Virus record (IMG/VR): IMGVR_UViG_3300032236_000803
Location: 27,191-91,190 of that record
Strand: one strand, 5' to 3'
From: a virus
Length of the DNA stretch: 64,000 bases
The position numbers and the translations under genes were made by a program. Under the pieces are notes generated by a model. The model made no database searches and was not told the DNA's origin. It saw nothing but the letters and a program-made list of their open reading frames with translations. Below are positions 57,498 through 64,000 of the stretch, piece after piece. Position 1 is the stretch's first letter. Each line of letters begins with the position of its first letter.

Positions 57498-59617
57498 TGA
57501 AAGATACTTCTTATCGATCTAATCCCAATCTTAAACGCGAAGGGATTCAAATACAATTTACTGAAGATCAAGTACAAGAAATAGTAAAATGTTCTAACGA
57601 TCCAGTATATTTTGCGGCAAAATACATAAAAATCATAAGTCTTGACCACGGTATTGTTCCTTTTGAAATGTATGATTTTCAAAAGGATATGATACGAAAT
57701 TTCCAAGAACAAAGATATAATATCGTAAAATGTCCAAGACGTGTTGGTAAGAGTACAGTATCAATTGCATTCGTTTTATGGCTTTCTCTATTTAACGCTA
57801 ATCAAAATATTGTTATTCTAGCTAATAAAGAGAAATTGGCGCAGAAACTTCTTTATATGTACCAATTAGCGTATGAAAATTTACCTATTTGGATGCAACA
57901 AGGCATTAAAGAATGGAATAAAACGTCCGTTGAATTGGAAAATGGTTCAATCGTCACGTCAGCCCCAACATCATCAAGCGGTGTTCGCGGAGAAGGTTTC
58001 AATCTAGTTCTACTCGATGAATTTGCATTCGTACCTAATAACATTGCTGAAAATTTCTATACTTCAGTTTATCCCGTAATTACTTCAGGTAAAACCACCA
58101 AGATTATCATAACATCTACTCCTAATGGAATGAATCTGTTTTATAAGTTATGGACAGAAGCAGTAACTAAACGAAATAATTATACGCCATTTAATATTCA
58201 TTGGTCATTAGTACCTGGAAGAGATGAACAATGGAAAGAAGAATTCATTAAGAACACTAGTTTGAGACAATGGTCTCAAGAAATGGAATGCGTTTCTGGT
58301 AATACAATTATCGAATTAGAAAACAAAGAAGGAAAAGTAGTTCATACAAAAATAAAAGATTTCTATGAATATTTGGGACCAAATCAAGAATTCCTTTATA
58401 GTAGAAATACCGATTATAGAGTAAAAACTTCTCTTGGATATGAGTATTTTGCAGGAGTAAAAAAGAGCGTAAACAGAAAACTCTATACAGTATTCACGCA
58501 AAATGGATTTGTATTGGACTGCACGGAAGAACATAAATTAAAAACGCCAGCTGGATGGATGGAACTTCACCGTTTAACTGATGGAGATGTTATTGAAACA
58601 GTTAGAGGCGATGATAAAATAGTAGCAATCAAACCAAACGTAACTTATGAAGATGTTTTTGATCTGATTAACGCTGGAGAGAAAAGATCATACTTTACCA
58701 ATGGTATTTTATCGCATAATTGCGAATTCTTAGGTTCTTCGAATACGCTTATTTCCGGTGAAAAGATAGGAATGTTGACTTATAGAGAACCTATCGGTAA
58801 ATATTTCAATATGTTAGTTTACGACGATCCCGTTAAAGAAACGTTTGATGATGAAACAGGTAAGCAATTAACAACTGATCATTTATATGCAATGACTGTT
58901 GACGTTGCGGAAGGTAAAAACCTAGACTATTCAGCATTTTCCGTTTTCGATATTTCAGTAGTTCCTTATAAGCAAGTAGCGGTTTACAGAAATAATGAAA
59001 TTGCTCCCATCTTATTCCCAACAGTAATTAAACACTGTGCAGAATATTATAATAATGCTCATGTATTAATAGAAATCAATAACAGTCCTCAAGTAGCGCA
59101 AATTCTACAAGAAGATTTAGAATATGAAAACGTATTGAAAGTTACTTCTGGTAATAAAAAAGGACAAACAATAACATTAGGATTTGGAAGAAACGTAGCA
59201 ATGGGGCTTAAAATGACTCCATTGGTTAAAAGAAACGGTTGTTCATCTTTGAAGACTTTAATTGAAAATGATAAACTTATAATCCAAGATTTTGAAACGT
59301 ATTCTGAATTAACGACTTTTATTCAAACGGGTCCAAGTTTCGCAGCGGAAGAAGGTTGTAACGATGACTTAGCGATGACTCTTGTTATATTCGCTTGGTT
59401 GGCTGTACAGAAACTATTTAAAGAAATTGTTGATCATGATATTAGAAAACAATTACAACTAGAACATTTTGAATTTGCAGAAGAAGATCAATTACCGACT
59501 GGCGAATATAATATGGGATTTGATACCCAATATTTTATCGAAGATGGTACTGTTTGGATAGAAACGAATAACAAAAGTCCATACGATAGCTTACTCAAGG
59601 AGATGTTCGATTTTTAG
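57494..59617 (+). CDS. gp17: Terminase large subunit gp17 (intein-containing)
   Basis: YRSNPNLK, Walker A PRRVGKST, Walker B LLDEFAF, STPNG, and nuclease DVAEG...DYS and NDDLAM motifs. Confidence 0.95.
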   Translation: MMKDTSYRSNPNLKREGIQIQFTEDQVQEIVKCSNDPVYFAAKYIKIISLDHGIVPFEMYDFQKDMIRNFQEQRYNIVKCPRRVGKSTVSIAFVLWLSLFNANQNIVILANKEKLAQKLLYMYQLAYENLPIWMQQGIKEWNKTSVELENGSIVTSAPTSSSGVRGEGFNLVLLDEFAFVPNNIAENFYTSVYPVITSGKTTKIIITSTPNGMNLFYKLWTEAVTKRNNYTPFNIHWSLVPGRDEQWKEEFIKNTSLRQWSQEMECVSGNTIIELENKEGKVVHTKIKDFYEYLGPNQEFLYSRNTDYRVKTSLGYEYFAGVKKSVNRKLYTVFTQNGFVLDCTEEHKLKTPAGWMELHRLTDGDVIETVRGDDKIVAIKPNVTYEDVFDLINAGEKRSYFTNGILSHNCEFLGSSNTLISGEKIGMLTYREPIGKYFNMLVYDDPVKETFDDETGKQLTTDHLYAMTVDVAEGKNLDYSAFSVFDISVVPYKQVAVYRNNEIAPILFPTVIKHCAEYYNNAHVLIEINNSPQVAQILQEDLEYENVLKVTSGNKKGQTITLGFGRNVAMGLKMTPLVKRNGCSSLKTLIENDKLIIQDFETYSELTTFIQTGPSFAAEEGCNDDLAMTLVIFAWLAVQKLFKEIVDHDIRKQLQLEHFEFAEEDQLPTGEYNMGFDTQYFIEDGTVWIETNNKSPYDSLLKEMFDF
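58289..58720 (+). mobile_element. Mini-intein (144 aa) in gp17
   Basis: Starts CVSGNT, block B CTEEH, block F VFDL, ends SHN with +1 Cys. Removal restores QEME-CEFLGS. No endonuclease domain. Confidence 0.92.
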
Positions 59618-59630
59618 AAAACGGGTTTTT

Positions 59631-59638
59631 TATAAATA
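59631..59638 (+). promoter_or_regulatory. T4-type late promoter TATAAATA for gp18
   Basis: Exact consensus followed by GGGAG SD and the ATG at 59681. Confidence 0.85.
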
Positions 59639-59680
59639 ATATTATAAAAAAATGATCTTTTTCAAAGGGAGAATTAACTC

Positions 59681-61432
59681 ATGAGTATAATTAATCAAGT
59701 AAGCCCTGGATTTCAAGTTAATGAAATTGAGGTGAATTCTGTAGTAGCTGGGGTATCTACTTCTATTGGCGCATTTGTAGGCCAGTTTGGATGGGGACCA
59801 TGCGACACACCAATGCTTGTTACAGACGAAGGCAGTTTAGTAAGGATTTTCGGCGCACCAACTGCTAATGTAACCGAATCTTTTATTGGAACATCTTTCT
59901 TTTCTGCTGCAAATTTCCTTTCATATTCTAATGGTTTATATAATGTTAGAACTGTAAGCGCAAATACTGCAGGAAACGCAACTGTTAATGCTGCGAGTAT
60001 TTTAATTAAAAACGAATCTGTTTTTGCTAACGTATACCTAAACGTTAATAATAATAACACATACGGAGCTTTTGCTGCAAAATATCCAGGAAAATATGGA
60101 AACAGTTTATCAGTTTCTGTTTGTGCTAATACACAACAATTTTCTGGATGGAATTATGCTAAATATTTCTCATCTGCACCAAACACTTCTAATTATATCA
60201 CTTCTACATTAGGAAGAAGCGGCGTAAACGACGAATTACACGTAATTGTAATCGATACATTAGGCCAGTTTACCGGAACTGCTAATACCATTTTAGAAAT
60301 TTGGCCATTCCTTTCTAAAGCATACGACGCAGTTGATGTTAATGGTAATAGTTCTTATTATAAGAACTTCTTAATGAATAACTCAAATTATATCTATGCA
60401 TTAGATCCAGTAGATTATGCAAATACTGCTACGGGTAATACTGCATGGGGTCTGATTTCAACCGATGTTACATCGTTTGCTACTCCTTTAAATTACACCA
60501 CTACATTATCAGGTGGCGCTAATGGTACTGTTCCTAACGATGGCGAATTAGAAAACAATTGGTCTAAATTAATTAATAGACAGATTTACAATTATTCATT
60601 AGCATTTACTGGTGCATCTTCTCCAGCGGTAACGAATTATGTATTAAATAACATTATTTTATCTGGAGACGTCAGAAGTGCAGTATTATTTGCTTCTCCA
60701 AGATACAGCGATGTAGTTTTCAATTCAGGAAGCGAATTAAATACAGTAATCAATAGTTTCTTACCAGCGCTTAATTCCACGTCATCTTATCTGATACTGG
60801 ATAACAATTGGAAATATCAATATGATAAATATTCTAACATTTATCGTTGGATTCCTTTGAACGCTGATATAGCAGGTCTTTGCGCGTATACTGATAGCGT
60901 TACTGGCGGTCCTTGGTATTCTCCTGCTGGCGTTAACAGAGGAAATGTTAAGAATGTTACGAAATTAGCTTGGAATGCAGCTAAAGCTGATAGAGATGTA
61001 TTATATTCAAACGGAATTAATCCAGTAATTTCATTACAGGGACAAGGTACTGTTCTTTTCGGTGACAAAACTTCTCTTACAAGACCGTCAGTATTTGACA
61101 GAATTGGAGTTCGTAGAATGTTCTGCACAATTGAACAAGCTATTGAAAATGCTTCTATCAATCAAATGTTTGAATTTAATGACGCATTTAGTCAAGCAAG
61201 TTTCGTTTCTTTGATTGAGCCATATTTAAGAACTGTACAAGGAGGAAGAGGTATCGCTAACTTCAAAGTTGTTTGCGATAGTACAAACAACACTCCTGCT
61301 GTGGTTGCTGCAAATGGTTTCGTTGGAGATATCTTTATTTTACCAAATAACAGTATCAATTACATCCAGCTTAATTTCTACGGAACTAAGTCTTCCACCG
61401 TATTCAACTATATTACTGGACAGACCATTTAA
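59681..61432 (+). CDS. gp18: Tail sheath protein gp18
   Basis: SPGFQVNEI, FGWGP, AKYPGKYGN, WYSPAG..RG, GDKT...FDRIGVRR, SINYIQLNF. Confidence 0.95.
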   Translation: MSIINQVSPGFQVNEIEVNSVVAGVSTSIGAFVGQFGWGPCDTPMLVTDEGSLVRIFGAPTANVTESFIGTSFFSAANFLSYSNGLYNVRTVSANTAGNATVNAASILIKNESVFANVYLNVNNNNTYGAFAAKYPGKYGNSLSVSVCANTQQFSGWNYAKYFSSAPNTSNYITSTLGRSGVNDELHVIVIDTLGQFTGTANTILEIWPFLSKAYDAVDVNGNSSYYKNFLMNNSNYIYALDPVDYANTATGNTAWGLISTDVTSFATPLNYTTTLSGGANGTVPNDGELENNWSKLINRQIYNYSLAFTGASSPAVTNYVLNNIILSGDVRSAVLFASPRYSDVVFNSGSELNTVINSFLPALNSTSSYLILDNNWKYQYDKYSNIYRWIPLNADIAGLCAYTDSVTGGPWYSPAGVNRGNVKNVTKLAWNAAKADRDVLYSNGINPVISLQGQGTVLFGDKTSLTRPSVFDRIGVRRMFCTIEQAIENASINQMFEFNDAFSQASFVSLIEPYLRTVQGGRGIANFKVVCDSTNNTPAVVAANGFVGDIFILPNNSINYIQLNFYGTKSSTVFNYITGQTI

Positions 61433-61442
61433 TAACATAGCA

Positions 61443-61470
61443 TCAGGAGGCTATTAATTTAGCCTCCTGA
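61443..61470 (+). terminator. Perfect 11-bp hairpin between gp18 and gp19 (terminator or mRNA-stability element)
   Basis: TCAGGAGGCTA-TTAATT-TAGCCTCCTGA, with no clear T tract. Confidence 0.5.
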
Positions 61471-61476
61471 ATATTA

Positions 61477-61484
61477 TATAAATA
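61477..61484 (+). promoter_or_regulatory. T4-type late promoter TATAAATA for gp19
   Basis: Exact consensus, then GGAG SD and the ATG at 61516. Confidence 0.85.
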
Positions 61485-61515
61485 TTAAAAGAATATAAAA
61501 TTTTCGGAGAAAAAA

Positions 61516-62049
61516 ATGTTTGATGTAAATCAATTTTTATATGCTATGAAGAGCGATGGGGTAAGACCTAATCTATTCGAAGTATACATTCCACAAATAA
61601 ACGATCTTAGCTTCAGATTTAAAGCAAAGGCGACAGCAATTCCTGCTTCCACCTTAGGCATTGCTCCTGTCAATTATTTTGGACGTCAAGTTAAACTTGC
61701 CGGTAATAGAGTATTTGATAATTGGACAATCAGCGTATTGCTTGATGAAACTGATTTTGCCAATGGCGGAACAAGATATGGATTTGAACAATGGTCTAAT
61801 GCTATTAATAATCACGTTAATAATGTCAGATCACCAGGTTACGTACCTCCACTATCTTACATGGCTGATGCATATATTAACCAATATTCCAAAAGCGGCA
61901 CTATCAATGCAACATATAAAATGGTACAGTGCTGGCCAGTTGATATCGGTCCCATTAATCTTGATTGGGCTGCTGATAATCAAATTGCAGAATTTAATGT
62001 AACATTTGCATTACAATGGTGGGAATCTAGTTTCGGATCAACCACCTAA
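61516..62049 (+). CDS. gp19: Tail tube protein gp19
   Basis: RPNLFEV, YFGRQVKLAGNRVFDNW, WPVDIGPINLDW, EFNVTFALQWW. Confidence 0.95.
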   Translation: MFDVNQFLYAMKSDGVRPNLFEVYIPQINDLSFRFKAKATAIPASTLGIAPVNYFGRQVKLAGNRVFDNWTISVLLDETDFANGGTRYGFEQWSNAINNHVNNVRSPGYVPPLSYMADAYINQYSKSGTINATYKMVQCWPVDIGPINLDWAADNQIAEFNVTFALQWWESSFGSTT

Positions 62050-62068
62050 TAATAGGAAATAATTTATT

Positions 62069-63700
62069 ATGAGTGATAAAAATCGCTTTAGTTTGTTCGG
62101 TTTCAAAATAGGTAAAAAAGAAACCGATAAGAAAGAAGATACAAATTCGTCTTTTACCCCACCGTCTGCTGATGATGGTTCCATTACTATATCATCATCA
62201 GCATTCATGGGAACGTCTATCGATCAAGACGGTTCAGTTAAAAATGAAGTTGAACTTATTTCTCGTTATAGAGAAATGTCAACTCAGCCCGAAATTGAGG
62301 CAGCTATCGAAGACGTTATTAACGAAGCAATTGTACAAGATGATGATGGAAATAATGTACATATTGTCTTAGATGATTTAAAACAACCAGATAAAGTTAA
62401 AGATGCAATCAGAGAAGAATTTAACAATACTTTGAGATTGTTAAATTTCAACAATATGGCATCTGATATTTTTAGAAGATTCTATATCGACGGTAGGTTA
62501 TTTTATCATGCTATCATTGATATCAATAATCCCCAAAGAGGAATTCTTGAATTAAGATATATTGATCCTAGAAAGATTAAAAAGATTAAAGAAATCAAGA
62601 AGAAGAAAGATGAAATTACTGGCGTAGAAATGATTCTAGACGTTAATGAGTTTTATCTCTATAACGATAAAGTTTCTGCTGTACAATCGTCATTAACAGG
62701 CGTAAAAATCGCCCCAGATTCTATTATTAACATTAATTCAGGATTAATGGATACTCGTAGATCAATGGTTTTAAGTTATTTACATAAAGCAATTAAACCA
62801 TTGAATCAATTAAGAATGATCGAAGACGCTTCTGTAATTAATAAACTTGCAAGAGCGCCACAAAGAAGAATTTTCTATATTGACGTAGGAAGTCTTCCTA
62901 AAGCAAAGGCAGAACAGTACGTTAGAGATATTATGACCAAGTATAAAAACAAGGTCAATTATAATCCAACAACTGGCGAAGTTCAAGATTCAAGAACTTT
63001 CATGACTATGCTTGAAGATTACTGGTTACCAAGAAGGTCTGATGGTAAGTCCACTGAAATCAGAACTCTTGAATCAGCAGATACGTTTAACGATATGTCT
63101 ATGGTGGAATATTTTGAAAAGAAACTTTATAAGTCTCTTAATGTTCCAGTAACCAGATTAGACCCCCAACAGGCATTTAGTGTTGGTAGAACTGCAGAAA
63201 TTACCAGAGACGAATTAAAGTTCGCTAAATTTATCGATAAGCTTAGAAATAAGTTTGCAGAAATATTCGATCAAATTTTAAGAATTCAATTAGTTCTTAA
63301 AGGTATTTGTACTGAAGAAGAATGGAAAGAATATAAAGAACACGTTTATTTTGATTTCATCAAAGACAATAACTTTGTAGAATTAAAAGAAGCAGAATTA
63401 ATGCAAGAAAGATTAGGTCTTCTTGTTAGTATCGATCCTTATGTCGGTAAGTATTTTTCATTAGAATGGGTCAGAAGGAAAGTTCTCCGTTTGGACGAAG
63501 AAGAAATTAAAGAAATGGAGAAACAGATTGAACAAGAAACGCAAGACAACTTTAAAAAGGCTCAGCAGCAAGTATTGATACAGTCGCAACTCCAACAATA
63601 TCAGGCGCAATTAAATCCTAAAGCGGCTCAAGAAGAACCGCAACCTATGCAGCCTATTGGAACGCCAATCAATCCAATGAATCCATACGGACAACAATAA
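62069..63700 (+). CDS. gp20: Portal protein gp20
   Basis: LFGF, ELISRYREM, YIDPRKI, SYLHKAIKPLNQLRMIED, RRIFYIDVG, EDYWLPRR, ITRDELKF. Confidence 0.96.
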   Translation: MSDKNRFSLFGFKIGKKETDKKEDTNSSFTPPSADDGSITISSSAFMGTSIDQDGSVKNEVELISRYREMSTQPEIEAAIEDVINEAIVQDDDGNNVHIVLDDLKQPDKVKDAIREEFNNTLRLLNFNNMASDIFRRFYIDGRLFYHAIIDINNPQRGILELRYIDPRKIKKIKEIKKKKDEITGVEMILDVNEFYLYNDKVSAVQSSLTGVKIAPDSIININSGLMDTRRSMVLSYLHKAIKPLNQLRMIEDASVINKLARAPQRRIFYIDVGSLPKAKAEQYVRDIMTKYKNKVNYNPTTGEVQDSRTFMTMLEDYWLPRRSDGKSTEIRTLESADTFNDMSMVEYFEKKLYKSLNVPVTRLDPQQAFSVGRTAEITRDELKFAKFIDKLRNKFAEIFDQILRIQLVLKGICTEEEWKEYKEHVYFDFIKDNNFVELKEAELMQERLGLLVSIDPYVGKYFSLEWVRRKVLRLDEEEIKEMEKQIEQETQDNFKKAQQQVLIQSQLQQYQAQLNPKAAQEEPQPMQPIGTPINPMNPYGQQ

Positions 63701-63727
63701 ATACTAAATCAAATTTGGAGAAATTAA

Positions 63728-64000
63728 ATGAGTAATGTAAAAGACACAATCGATTATGCCTTAGAAGGAAATCTTGCTGATATGACTGCAAGTTTAGAAG
63801 CGGCAATCAAAGATAAAGTTCTTGGCGCAATTGAAGCTAAGAAAGCTGAAGTAGCACAATCAATGTTCAATCCTGTTGCTGAATCTGTTGAATCACGCGA
63901 TTTAAACGGACCATCTCATGGAGGCGTAATCGCGTACACTGATACTGTAGGAAATCCCGCGATTGCATCGCATAACCATGGACACGCAATCCACCGAAGC
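63728..64000 (+). CDS. Prohead core protein, gp67-like (3'-truncated by window edge; not in ORF track)
   Basis: GGAG SD, then MSNVKDTIDYALEGNLADMTASLEAAIKDKVLGAIEAKKAEVAQSMF, open to the window end. Located directly after the portal gene. Confidence 0.65.
   Translation, partial: MSNVKDTIDYALEGNLADMTASLEAAIKDKVLGAIEAKKAEVAQSMFNPVAESVESRDLNGPSHGGVIAYTDTVGNPAIASHNHGHAIHRS

Noticed and set aside
59618-59631. Terminator after gp17 (AAAACGGGTTTTTT)
   Set aside because: The stem is too weak (AAAAC/GTTTT with a 2-nt loop) to support.
1-64000. Stop-codon reassignment
   Set aside because: Core genes are full length in the standard code, and TAA, TAG and TGA all terminate genes at expected positions.
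1-64000. tRNA or rRNA genes
   Set aside because: Intergenic gaps are all under about 90 nt and none shows a cloverleaf or T-loop motif.

Overview
This is a 64 kb, AT-rich stretch of the virion-morphogenesis region of a large T4-like myovirus. All but one gene lie on the + strand, the standard genetic code is used, and T4-type late promoters (TATAAATA) occur throughout. The left part carries a 5'-truncated gp7-like baseplate wedge gene, a fibre-like protein, gp8 and a giant VrlC/DUF4815-type structural protein. The right part is the conserved gp13-gp14-gp15-gp16-gp17-gp18-gp19-gp20-(gp67-like) block, with a GIY-YIG endonuclease inserted between gp13 and gp14 and a 144-aa mini-intein in gp17. 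Between them (about 13.3-53.4 kb, where T4 has only gp9-12/wac) is a ~40 kb accessory island in which fibre or adhesin genes alternate with modifying enzymes. The island has four parts. (i) A fibre followed by a flavin halogenase, a Gly-X-X adhesin-like protein and two 2OG-Fe(II) oxygenases. (ii) Three Ala/Asn heptad-repeat fibres with matching putative docking motifs, a beta-helix tip protein and a C1q tip. (iii) An S74-chaperone fibre followed by three RCC1-repeat proteins with 7+21+14 blades whose loops are visibly shuffled between repeats. (iv) A sulfotransferase, two methyltransferases, two GT9-like glycosyltransferases and an ADP-heptose epimerase (HldD/RfaD). The most interesting reading, which is inference, is a branched multi-adhesin apparatus with its own chemical-decoration and loop-diversification machinery. 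All family calls come from motifs recognised by eye; no database searches were run.
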